A DNA stretch of 64,000 bases from Camelus ferus (Eukaryota): the NCBI RefSeq assembly GCF_009834535.1, contig NC_045697.1:19470001-19534000 (forward strand), written 5' to 3'. The position numbers and the translations under genes were made by a program. Below are positions 35,006 to 46,649 of the stretch, piece by piece; the stretch's first letter is position 1; every line of letters begins with the position of its first letter. Under the pieces are notes generated by a model. The model was not told the DNA's origin. It searched no databases and saw nothing but the letters and a program-made list of their open reading frames with translations.

Positions 35006-36999
35006 CATTTTCTTATAGTCAAGTTATTGATGAAGTCATGAGGCTCAGGGAAGTAAAGTTACTTATTTAAGCTCACAAAGTCAGAAACAAGTAGTGGTAG
35101 ACAATCTAGAAGTTGAGCCAACTTATGTATCTGAATTCCAATGCCAGTGTACTTGTCAACACATTTCAGATGTCACTACTGAACATATAATATCAAAAAA
35201 CATGTAATACCATAAATTAAACTAAATACCTTAAATGTAATAAGTCTTTCACAGTCAGGAGTAGTTAATGTGCCTCTCAAACCAACCAATAGGGTATAGA
35301 AAACCATGCTGGAAAAAGGAATGAACATTTTATTTCATAGACTGGTAAAATTGGGGCTCAGTGAAGTCCAAAATTAGTGACACAGATTGTGATAATCAAG
35401 TGATATAAGGTGTTGTGAAGAATTAAAATAAGGTCTTCAAACGATCTTCAGATCTTCAGTGCCTTTCTTTCAGGCTATGTCAACAGAAAACAAACTAACC
35501 AAAAAACACACCAAGAAAGAAGTCAACAAAGAACTTTCTTAGTGTAAGAATAAGGCTGTGAGAAAACCACAGAAACTTTAAATACTGAATGTCTGGATTT
35601 CACCATCTTTGATCTGGGATTTGGGGTTTAGTGGGCATCTTGGTTGTTTGTAGAAGTGTTGAGATGGGAACCTTCTGTTGGGTAGATTCCCACTAAAAGC
35701 CTACTCTCAGTTGTTATTTGACCCTTTATCCATCTGAGACCTGCAACCCTCCTCTTGTTCAGAGGAACTCAGAAATGATATTTCGAGGACAATTTTTAGG
35801 TGAAGAATATTTGAGGCAAGGGGTATAATAGAGCAGGAGAGGCACTGGTTGTAGGATGCCATGCGGAGTGGGCAGTAAAAGTCAGGGATGAAATAATGCA
35901 ATAAATCCCAGGACCCTAGAGGAAATAGGGCAGACTAATTCTACACAAACAACTTACATTATTAGTGTTGCTTATTGTACACCATGTTAGCATGATCTGA
36001 ATAAATCGCTGGACTCCACATAGCCCAGTCTCACTGCAGGGTCATAGTTAAATGGCTACAGTCCAGCATTCCAAAATGATAACAATAATTATGATTTTAT
36101 TTGATTGTTTTCAGTAACGTCAAAGGAGCTCCTCTTCCTCATCCATCACAGTATTTCTTAAATCCTTTCCCCACACTGCTCTCGTTTTCCTACTTGTTTG
36201 CCGCAATATCTGTCCATGTATCAATTTTTACTTTCTTTCCTGTCTTTTTCCTGTTTTCCATGAAATGCTTATCCACACCCATTTCTGTGGGCCCCATTTT
36301 CTGTCCCCAGCCATCTTTCCTTTGACAATTCTGCAAAATATTTCTTTAATGAGTAGATGGGGGATGGATTGAACAAAGGAAAGAAGATACACATATTTAT
36401 ATATTTTTGTTTGCCCTTATTATATTAGAAAAGCAAGAATGGAGAGGTAATATTTTGAAGCAAAGTATAAGTAAATTATAAAACCTTTGCTTAAAGCCAG
36501 CTAGCCTTTGATTGCATATTAAGCAGAAGTCATTATCTTTATTGGATTGAGAACCAATAAGCCTTGATCATCTTTGCTTTCAGGTGTATGGACTTTGCAA
36601 GGCCCATTGCAGATTACATCAGGGTTGCTTGAGAGCAATTGTTAAACACCCAATGCTTTTTATGTTTGTAAAATAATAAGATGCTGTGACTCATCATTAG
36701 ATACATTCTAAAATCTCTATCCACCCACCTCCTGTTCCTGACCACCCCATCAACCTGGAGCATTCACTGGAGCATGCAGACTTATTTCAGCCAAATGAAC
36801 CAATGGAGAAGGAACATTTATTCAAGCCAGACATGAACAAAGTGACTTTGAACAAGCAGTGCTGGAACTCCCTTGCCAGTGCCTACTGTCACAATGTACT
36901 TGTGGGATAAATAAGATCAACACATCTTAGAGGTGATGTTTGGGAACCTTCGCCTTGATAAGCATGTAAGTATATACGAGGAAGTTGCTTCGTTGCAGG

Positions 37000-37330
37000 T
37001 CATCCAGTTTAATTAATTGATATCTGCAGTAGCTAAGAGACCATGAAAGACTTAGGGCAAATGCAATGGTACCTAACAAAGGCTTACTTCCTCGGGAACT
37101 CCAGCCTTAAAGTATCACATAAAAGGGAGATGGTTCTAGCTTTGGAGGCTAGGGGGAGTCTCCCTAGGAAGAGGCACGTGGAAGGTGAGATCTGAAGGAT
37201 AAAGAGGAGCTTGCCAGATGCAGGGTGGGAGGTGGGGGAGGAAGCACAGCATGGTGGTTTGGAGGAGGGAGGAAGAAGACAGGGACCGGAGAACGTGAGA
37301 CCTCAGGCCAGAAAAATCAGCCATGGGGCA
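37000..37330 (-). mobile_element. L2 fragment
   Basis: ggaagaggcacgtggaaggtgagatctgaaggataaagaggagcttgccag. Confidence 0.55.
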
Positions 37331-37929
37331 GGAACTTGGGAGCTGTTTACAAGGGCTAGACTTACCAGGCAGAATTGTTGTTCCCTAAAGGAGCGGGCAG
37401 GGAAGGCTAGAGGTCCTCACCTTGGACACTTGTGCTGTGCCCTGCCCGGCTCCCCGGAGCTGTGGACTAAGGCACGACGTGCGGGTCATGTCACACGTGG
37501 GCACTGGGAGCCCAGGCCAGAGGTTGCCCCTTTGCCCGCGTGGTCAGGCTCTTCGCGTGCCCTGCTGACCTTGACACCAAATCTCCTCCCTTCTCAGGCT
37601 TCTCCAGGAAGGCCACCCTCATGAGTGGGTGGGGACTGCTGGTGTTTTGTAAAGGATGCTGGCTGGGGTCACGGAGGGGCTCACATAGCAGAGCCCAGAG
37701 AGCCATACACCCTGAGACACATGTCTCTTTTTTTTTTCCCAGGCTCCCTTGAATGGGCCTTCCCATGTGTTGAATCACAGGTCAGTGCTCTTCATGTAGG
37801 TCAAAAATGAATGAGTATCAGGCATTTCATGTGATTCCGCCTAATGTGCATTTTCCTCTTGGTTGACATGGTTTATAAGATATTTGGTAGTCATACTTAA
37901 ATGTCATATTTGAAATGCTACTTTCGTGG

Positions 37930-38170
37930 AGGAAGCACACTGCTTGAGGCTGGAGCGTAATGTGGGTTTGAAACTCTGCTTATAACTTTTCTCATTGTGC
38001 TACCTTGAAGCACCCCGCCCCTACTATCTTTGCCTCACTTTTCTTACCTGTAGAATAGGAATTAAGTATTTATAGGAACCAGAGGTTTGGGGGAAAGTAT
38101 TAAAGGCAGTAGTAACCTGTGGGAAAAGTGCCTAGCACAGGGTCATCACACAAGTAAACCTTCCCAGAAA
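37930..38170 (+). mobile_element. MIR SINE
   Basis: tgggtttgaaactctgct...gcctcacttttcttacctgtagaatagga...aaagtgcctagcacag. Confidence 0.6.
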
Positions 38171-38795
38171 TGTGCTATTTATATTGGGTCAACACGGACT
38201 ACTGCAGTCCAGTCACACTTAGTGTGTTAGAAAGACGCGGACACTGCACATTGTCAGTCAACACCACATGGAGGCTGCTGAGCTCAATTCGGTAAAATGA
38301 ATACTTAGGTGTGATCTCTGCTAGGCATGGTGCTCAGGCCTGGGGCTGGAAGCGAGGTCCTGGCAAAGCATCAGGCACTTTTTGGTTTCTCTCTTTAGCT
38401 TCAAAGGGCACGTGCTGGAATTCCTCCATCCACGTGATTCATACGTAGGCACCGGGAATCTAGAAGACACAATTGAAAAATACTAACAGATCCTGCTTGA
38501 CGTGGCTTTAGAAAGAGGCATTGGTTTCAGTGGGGACACTTTTCTCTCAAGGTTGTATTTGTGGGGTATTAGGCTACAAAGCACGGGTGCGGTGTCATTC
38601 ATTTTCCTCATTTACTCATTCCCCAGATGCAGCACCATGTGTGACCTTGCTCAGCTCTCCAAACTGCAAAATAAAAGATTACCCAAACATTATCCGGTAC
38701 GTATAAGAAACTACGTTGCGAGTCATAGCTGATTTTTCAGTTCTTGTTTTTCTCTTTCAGCTGAGCAGACTTTTTTTTTTTTTTTGGTCTGAAAT

Positions 38796-38812
38796 CCCCT
38801 AGATGGCACTAG
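38796..38812 (+). promoter_or_regulatory. CTCF core motif match
   Basis: CCCCTAGATGGCACTAG, one mismatch to CCACTAGATGGCACTA; lies in repeat-free DNA. Confidence 0.45.
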
Positions 38813-39369
38813 AGAATATTACATTTAAGTGGCTTATATAATACCCCAAGTAGCTGAGGAGAAGTAATTTTTATTTTTCTGCAAATAAGCGTTAATAAGC
38901 AGTGGGACAGGATGAGATGTAACGTGCAAGGTTAGCGTTTATACATTCTGTGCTTAAAAGATATCCTAGATGCCCCTTGAAAGTAAAAATTGGTCATTTT
39001 TAAACTGTGTACGTCTCCGAATTGGTTTTTGGTATTTTAATTAGCGTGACATTCATTTGGTGCCGACAAACAGACTTGTAGAATTGGCGGAGATTCTGAG
39101 GCTGATTGTTGACCCCGATGACTTTCTAATCAGAGCAGGGTAATACAGTATCAACCTCTCCCAGGGTGGGAGGGAGTGGATTTAACTGGGAGGCCCTGAA
39201 CTCAAATGGCCCAGGAAATGAGTGCAGAGGCCTGGGTGTAAGACAGTGGGGCGGGGTGGCGTGTGTGGCAGAACCACACAGCTACCAGGCATGCGCACCA
39301 GTCAAAGCCAGCGTTCCTGTAGGTCCAGCGTGGCCCACTGGCTGTGAGCTGACAGTGTTTGCCAACCTA

Positions 39370-39490
39370 ATCCTGATAGTTTTCAGGTCAGAAATCTAAG
39401 GCTGAGATAATAAATGACCTTACCCAAGGTCACCAAGTTATTTAGTGATGAGTTAGGTTTCCGATTCCGTTTCGCTGACTCCACTCTCTC
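39370..39490 (-). mobile_element. MIR SINE fragment
   Basis: gaaatctaaggctgaga...tacccaaggtcaccaagttatttagtg. Confidence 0.65.
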
Positions 39491-39649
39491 CCCTCCCCCT
39501 TACAATCGTACCATAATGCGCCAAAGTTGTCTCCGTCACCTCACTCCCCTTCTATTGTTCTTTCCTTGTCCTCCCTTCCGATGTTCAGTGTCCATGGATC
39601 ACATGGCAGTTTGGGTACACGGAGCTGCAGCCTGGCTTGGGTGCCCCCA

Positions 39650-40110
39650 GTTTAAGAGCTGTGAAGTTGGGCAGCTCCAGGGTTGCTCATTTGCAGCTCA
39701 GTGATCCCATCGTGGGCCCAGGATTTTTCCATTTTCGCTCTCTGCCATTTTTTTTCATTGTCAGTTTTTGCCCCATGGGTGAAAGATTGCCGTGGCAGGT
39801 CCGCACGTCCTATGTAGGCACACAAGCACATCCAGGGTGGAAGAGGAAGTGTTCCTTCCTTGGGTCTCTTTCATAGTGTGAGCTCAGAAGCCCCTAGCAG
39901 ACCTCCCCTCAGGTCTGCATTGGCCAGGACTGGGTGACCCTGGCCACCAAACTGTGACCAGCAAGGCGGAGAGACAACCAGATGGCCAGGGGGAGGTGCC
40001 CCTCCCCCAACAGAAGGATCTGCAAATGTGCAGGGCTATCCTTGCTTTACACAGTGACCAAATGCCTGCCTGCAGTACTCAGGACCCAGGACACAGGAAG
40101 AAGTGTCTGC
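39650..40110 (-). mobile_element. MLT1J-like MaLR LTR
   Basis: cagaagcccctagcagacctcccctcaggtctgcattggccaggactgggtgac..tggccacc. Confidence 0.6.
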
Positions 40111-40588
40111 AATATGCAGGGCAGTGCCTTGGGGCGAAGCAGCATCTTCCCAAATGTTAATATCACTCCTGTTGGGAAACCCTGGAGCCCAACCAGGACT
40201 TGCTACTGAGTCACAGGGAAGGGAACCGACTGCTGAATCCACTGGGACTGTGGCAACAAGAAAGAAGGGAGGTGTGACAACTGAGTCAGCAATCAAGAAG
40301 CCACGGCGCTTTGTTCCTGCTGGAGTCCTGTGTTACCACTTTCAGAATTCCGCACAAGTGTCTGAAGTCAAGTGCTTAAGGAAGGCCAGCCTCTCCAGGT
40401 GTTTTGTAGTAGGCTACAACCAAAGCAAAGAGAACGTAATCATCATCAAGGGTTTACCTGGATAACATGATGGGGAAGATGCTCTTCAGAGTAACATAAA
40501 CATCAAAGCAAGTAGTGCTTCTGATTGTCACTGGGGTGGAATAGGGGAAAGAAGATAATTGGTGAAGCCAAATGGGTTTGTTCATTGG

Positions 40589-40635
40589 TTTTCTTTTTTT
40601 CGTTTTTTTTGTTTGTTTGTTTGTTTGTTTGTTTG
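40589..40635. repeat. T-rich/(TTTG)n simple repeat
   Basis: Directly visible. Confidence 0.9.
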
Positions 40636-40749
40636 CGGGTTGGGGGAGTTGGGAGGCCACCTGGAGCTAGAAAAGAGTTCTGAATTTCTGGCAGATTCCT
40701 GAAGTGTCATGGGAGAGAATTAACCAAGGTGAAGCATCAGCATCATTTT

Positions 40750-40960
40750 ATGAAAAGAACCCAGGCTTTGATGCCACAGAGACCTTGGTCCTGAATCCAG
40801 GCTGTTGTGAACTCTATGGCCTCGGAAAAGTCACCAAAGCCTCTGAACCACAATTAAGCCTCTTTGAAATACGGTTAACAATATCTACCTGGTAAATCAT
40901 TGCCATGATTACACGGGGAGCAGAAGGCAGGTCCCTCGCACGATGCTCAGTAAATGACAG
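40750..40960 (+). mobile_element. MIR SINE
   Basis: ccaggctttgatgccacagagaccttggtcctgaatccaggct...atgctcagtaaatg. Confidence 0.6.
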
Positions 40961-41022
40961 GTTCCCTCTCCTTTGCCTGAACTTGACATTGTCATTTAAT
41001 TTACTCACCCTTTCTCCCCACA

Positions 41023-41199
41023 GAGAGTTGCAAGATTTAGCACATAAAAATACACAACTCTCAGTTAAATTGGAAGTTCAGATAAATGACCTAAAATTTG
41101 TTAGGATAAGCTTGGGGATACACCTATCCCAACAAATTATGGGCTGTTTATCCGAATGTCAGATTTAACTGGGTGTCCTACATTTTATCCGGCCACCTT
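41023..41199 (+). mobile_element. MER53 palindromic MITE
   Basis: gagttgcaagatttagcacataaaaataca..cagttaaattggaagttcagataaa...gtttatccgaatgtcagatttaactgggtgtcctacattttatccggccacc; the arms are mutually inverted. Confidence 0.85.
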
Positions 41200-41896
41200 C
41201 CCTCTCTTTACTGACATTCCGTCTCTTCCCTCTGTTCTCTCCAGCCAGAGAGTAAATAAGTGAAGCCTAAATTAAATATCACTCTCTCACGAATGTGTTT
41301 TAACCTTCGTGGGAACCTGGCAGACCAACGACACCACCTTTAACTTCCTGTGGTGAACAAACACCCTCCAAGCTCAGGAGGAGAGGACCCTGCCTTGGAT
41401 GAGACAGGATCAGCTCTCAAAAGCCATCTTGGTCCTCCGAACTTTGTGGTTCATCTCCTTCCAGCGTGTTTTCTTTCACAGTTGGCTGTTCTGCGTCTGC
41501 ATCGATCTGCAGTAAATACTGTACAGCTCTGCAGAAAAGGGAGGAAAAACATTACCATCTGCATGTACAGCTTGCAAATTACAGCTTGCAATCACCTGCT
41601 ATTAAATAAAGACACTTTAACAATATTTGGGGTTTTAAATTAGCAATTTACATCACAAGACTCTGAAAATACTAGTCTTTTAATACTGCAATTTTCCTTC
41701 CTTTTAACCAGGCATCAACACATATTGAATTTTTAAAAAACGCAATAGAAAGTGATGTTTATTTAAACAATAGCCACCAATGGTATGAGAAACACAGATG
41801 GAAATCCAATAGTTCCTCACTCAGCGGGCGGCTTCGTTGGAGGACCCTGATGGGGCTGCAACTCTCTAATTTACATCATGGGGGGAGTTTAGGCGT

Positions 41897-41900
<4 letters not shown>

Positions 41901-41931
<31 letters not shown>
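41901..41931. repeat. T31 homopolymer
   Basis: Directly visible; no attached retroelement body recognised. Confidence 0.95.
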
Positions 41932-41934
<3 letters not shown>

Positions 41935-42554
41935 TGCCTGGCCACACCAGGCTATGTGTCATGTAAGAAAGTGGTCTCAAGCCGGGAATCAGAGGCAGTC
42001 TTTGTTTGAAGGAGACTTGAAGCATAAAGGCTGAAAGCGAGAGAGTTTGAGTGGGAGTATTTCCCTTCATCACTTGACATCAGGGCTGAATTGGAGGGGA
42101 TTGGCATTTGTACAAAGCACACTGGATGCAAAATGAGATGGGATTTCGGAGCATACAAAGAGAGAAAGATTAAGCAGCTTTGTGCCTTATGGACACTACT
42201 TCCATAGACAGAGGGTTATATCTATATCTAAATATAGTGGTTTGTCTCTCAGTTCTTATTATTGGAACTTTTTTCCCCTTTCTCTTGACATCTGAGTTAG
42301 GGAATGGGAGAGCACCAGGAGCTGGCACGCATTGCAGAGATAAGTATTAGCTTTGCAGTGGTGAACGCTGGGTTGTAAATTCCTGCACACAAACATGAAG
42401 CATACTGGAGCATTAGAACTATTAGCAGGCAGCCTGCTTTCCTGCGTGTCCCCAGCTCTTCTGTGTGTTCAGCTGCTGCTGCTGGTGAACAGCTGCTTCT
42501 CAGAGTTCTCCCAGAGCCAGTGCTGCTCTCAGTGCTGGTTTTTCTTTAATCCTT

Positions 42555-42640
42555 AAAAAGAAAGAAAGAAGAGAAAGAAGGAAAGAAGAGAAAGAAGGAA
42601 AGAAGAGAAAGAAGGAAAGAAGGAAAGAAGGAAAGAAGGA

Positions 42641-42684
<44 letters not shown>

Positions 42685-42742
42685 GAAAGAGAAAAAAGAA
42701 AGAAAGATAAAAGAGAGAAAAAAAGAAAGAAAAGAAAGAAGA
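42555..42742. repeat. Compound polypurine (GAAA-based) repeat
   Basis: 188 bp of A/G with a single T at 42708. Confidence 0.95.
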
Positions 42743-44006
42743 TCCTACTCTTGCCTTCATTGTTCATACCTCACCATTTTTGCTTTTTAGAACCCAAGAC
42801 ATCTGCCTAAATCTTGAATTCTTTCCTTTTCACAGTGTGCTGAATTCTGATGCCCACATATGCTATAGATTCAATAAATACTAGACACCATTATGATTTT
42901 TACCAGTAGTAAAGGTTTAAGGTCATGTCATACAAAATTCTATCTGAAAAGGAAAGCGTCTTTAAGAGAAACACACAGATTTTAGCTTATTTTATGAGCC
43001 CGAGCGATGGCTGGTCTAGAGGTGTGGGCAGCGTTAGGTCCCTTCTCGGTTCTGTTAATTTAGCCATCCAGCCTCACAAGTTCAGTCATAAGTTGCGCCC
43101 AACACAGCTCCTGCAGAGCCAGCTTGTGGCTGTCAGTCATTTACTTGGAAAAGCAGCAAACTGAATGACTCTTAGACTTTTCCAGTCCTCTTGGGAGTAT
43201 TGGTCACCTCTGATGCCATTTATCACCGTATCTTGTTATCTCTGTTACAGTCTAATGTTAGTCCCTCTGTTTAAGGATTAAATCGACCTCAGTCTAATCT
43301 CCTAAACAGAATTTGGATGATTTGGGGCCCCGCTCAACTGTTTCTTGGCCAGAGTTCTTTGTTCTGGTCCTTTTATTAGGAGCTATTTGCAGTACGATTT
43401 GCTGATAGAATCAGGGCATAATGGGTAGATTTTTTCATTTCATGTTGATTACATACACAGTCTTTTAAAAGGCCTTCAGATACTAAATGTACAATTTATC
43501 ACCAAAGCTTAACACTGGAGTCATTCTCATTTGCTTAAAGAGAACCTGCAAAGAATACAATTCTTCCTTCAAAAGTAGGTACTCATTCCTGAGATAGAAA
43601 AGCCCTTGCATGTCTGTTGCTAGATGTTCTGGCTTCCTGACCGATCTCACGTCTTTTAATGAATATTCTAAGTGTGGATAGCACTTAGACATAATCATTG
43701 CTTGAAACAAAAGATCATCAGCATCTCTGGATGATTGGACGTTGAATTTTTTCTCAGTGGCGCGTGTTGTTTCATGTACGTGTACTGGTCACAGGTGCTG
43801 TGCGCCACGTGAAGAATACCGTTGATCCTCAAATTTTGTCCTGCCTGGTTCAACAGATGCTTAATGAGGACAGAAAAAGAGAGTCGTGAAAGCCCTCTGC
43901 AAGCCTGGAATGATGTTTTTTTAAAAGCAATTTGAATTACATAGTGAAAATCCATCCTGGCATTTATGTCAGGCCCTAAGACCAACACCCAACCTCGTTA
44001 GTATTC

Positions 44007-44008
<2 letters not shown>

Positions 44009-44045
<37 letters not shown>

Positions 44046-44083
44046 ATGTGCGTGTGCACGTGCAGGTACGTGCACATACATGT
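44009..44083. repeat. (TG)18 plus alternating purine-pyrimidine extension
   Basis: Uninterrupted RY alternation 44009-44064, resuming 44066-44083. Confidence 0.95.
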
Positions 44084-44767
44084 CTAATCAGGTTTGTTTT
44101 AAATGCTTCTATTGAATTTCCTTATAGATAATGTTATACAAAGTATCTCCTATAATTTCTTTTCAGTTATGTTAATGCTAATTTCTTGTTTCCATGAGAT
44201 GTTTCTGGAAGCATTTTGAGGAGGAGAGAGAGAAAGAGACAGAGACAATCTAGTGAGAGAGCAGTCTGCCAGCCTTTATTAAGACTTCAAAACATATGGA
44301 TGTACACTTCCTTAAAACTCCAGAGTTCCCTGGGCCTGACATTTTACAAATCCTTCGATACTTGTTAACATTCTTCATATCCATTTTCATGATCTCTCAG
44401 CTGGAGAAAAAGATGGTTTACCTGTTTTAATTACCTTTAAGACTTTAGTTAAGGGCACATAATTTCAGGCAATGGGCTTTGTCATTGAGTTTACATTTTG
44501 AGGAGTCTCTCCCAATCTGTCCATTCACGCAGGTTTTACATAATGCATTTGGCATTACAGGACTACAGCTGAGAAAAGCACATTTACGAGCCACGGTAAA
44601 GGGAAAGATGCAGAATGTTTCAATCTCCAGTCCTTAGTTTCACTAATGCCTTAAATATTTTTAGCCTGTCTTTCTCTCTTTCAGGAATTGCTTGCTGATA
44701 GCCAAATTGATTGGTTTTTCTTTCACCTTTGAAAATTTTCTCCTGCCTCCTCTTTTGGGGCTGGTAA

Positions 44768-45175
44768 TAATCACAGAACCATAGAATTTCAATCTTAGAA
44801 GGTATTTTAAATGTCATAAAAATTCAATAGTTCATCGCACGCTTGAATCTTTTACATTACCTCCCCACCAAAAGGCTAGCTAGGCTCCTCTTGAATTCCT
44901 TTAGCCGTGGGAAACTCATGACCTCTCAAGAGAGTCCATTCCATTTCTACACAGCTCTAGCTGTGAAAAGCTTATTTGTTATGCTGAGGCGAAATCCCCC
45001 TATTGGATTTTGCTCTGTTCTCAATGGATAGACAAAAATATACAATCCTTTCCCCCACCCTCCGTCTATTTGAAGACAATTATCTTGTCTCCTGTATGAT
45101 GTTCCTCGAAACCAAATATTCCTGATAATTTTATGATGTGACTTTTGAGTCTAGACATCCCAGATCCCTCAGCTC
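44768..45175 (-). mobile_element. L3/CR1 LINE 3' fragment
   Basis: aatcacagaaccatagaattt..ttagaagg...ctcttgaattcc...gggaaactcatgacctctcaag...acagctctagctgtgaaaag...tatttgaagaca. Confidence 0.75.
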
Positions 45176-45189
45176 TGAACATGACAGAG

Positions 45190-45480
45190 TTCACTGATAA
45201 GAATAATAATGAAAATGAAACTTCCCATATAAAGTTGTTTAATTGGCACCAGGTAGCTTGCAAACATGACCTTTAACGTCCACTGTGATATGAGCTAGGT
45301 ATTGCCATCCTCATGCTACAGATTCAGATGTAAATCTGTGTCTCTCTATATCTGTAGTTAAGGAAGCCAAGGTAAGAAGAAATGGAATACCTTCCCCAAA
45401 CCCACATGTCTACTCCTAGTAGTTGGTAGAGTCAGAATTTGAACTAATGTCTTTACTGATTTCAGAGTGCCTGTTCTTAA
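45190..45480 (-). mobile_element. MIR SINE
   Basis: aggaagccaagg...cttccccaaacccacat...gtagagtcagaatttgaact. Confidence 0.55.
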
Positions 45481-46019
45481 TTGTACATCCTGTTCTTAAT
45501 TATAATACTTTTGTGAGATGTTGTAATAATCTCCTCACCCACCCCCAAGAAGTAAGCTGAATGCTCTGGGTTTGGTTTAACCAATTCAGAATGGAGAAAT
45601 GTCACTTACCCTGTCCTAAGTGATGCCAAACCAAAGGACTGATAAGGATGAGTTCAGCAGGAGAAAGGAGGGAAACAGAGGAACTAGATGATTAACAGGA
45701 TGGCTTATGAGCCTCCAAATAATTGAAAATGGTATGTCTGACAGCAGGAGGCAAACCCTACATATGTAATGGCCTCCTTTGGAGGGAAGATGTGGCTATA
45801 AAGAAATAATCATTGAAACTAGGCATATTCTGGGTGAACATGTGTGTCTTTTTGGAAGGAAATAATTTTCCAAGGGAAATAGAGATCTGAAAGTGGAAAA
45901 GAAACCCTTACATTCCTGAATGCCTTTGGCAAACAAAGTTGATTAGAGATGAAAGGAAAAAAAAAAAGGAATTCCTAGTGTCCTTTGCCTATTTCTCAAT
46001 AGACTCAAGTGGACCACTA

Positions 46020-46200
46020 AATTAGAGGATATTACTGCTCAGCGTAATTGAAGAGATTGTTTAGTTAGGACCTGTCACTTTACATATGGGGAAACTGAGG
46101 TCCAGAGATGAGAAGCATCTTGCCCAGGGCTGTATATCAGGGAGGAATGGAGAAGAGTGATTGAGGTCTCCTGATTGCAGAACTATACTTCCTTACACTT
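46020..46200 (-). mobile_element. MIR3/MIRc SINE
   Basis: cactttacatatggggaaactgaggtccagagatgagaagcatcttgcccaggg. Confidence 0.7.
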
Positions 46201-46454
46201 ACTATTTCTTTGGTGAAGCAAATAATAACTCTTCTGTTGAAATGCATGGACACAGTGAACAATTGCAAGATGGAAGCTTACATTGCAAGTTGCTGTGTAA
46301 CATGATGGATGTAGAACTCAGGGCTCGATGCATCTTTCTTGGGGATGTTTGCTGAAAGTACCGGAGTGTGGAGGGGATTTGTGGCAACATTATTCCAACT
46401 GGCATCATGATTTCCTATATCTTATGAGACTGTTTAGGTTGAATCTGGTTTCAT

Positions 46455-46635
46455 TTAGTGTTGGAAATTTGGAATCAGAATCATGGGGGCACGGGAAGTA
46501 ATCATTAAAAATGCAGGTTTCTAGGCTTACCAGCAGATGACTCGCATCAGAATTTGTGGGAAGCGGAGTCTGGAAATGAATATTTGACAAACGTCCTAGA
46601 GGAAGCTCATGCATACTTAGATTGGAGAAATACTG
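46455..46635 (+). mobile_element. MER5A-like hAT-Charlie element
   Basis: atcagaatca...ttaaaaatgcaggtttctaggc...atcagaattt...catgcatacttagattggagaaatactg. Confidence 0.65.
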
Positions 46636-46649
46636 TGTTAGTTCATCAG

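Noticed and set aside
43667..43689. 8-bp perfect hairpin TCTAAGTG-N7-CACTTAGA
   Set aside because: Stems this short are expected by chance at this window size
43483..43710. Protein-looking minus-strand ORF (LRNEYLLLKEELYSLQ...)
   Set aside because: Only 75 aa, no recognised homology, no consistent exon boundaries
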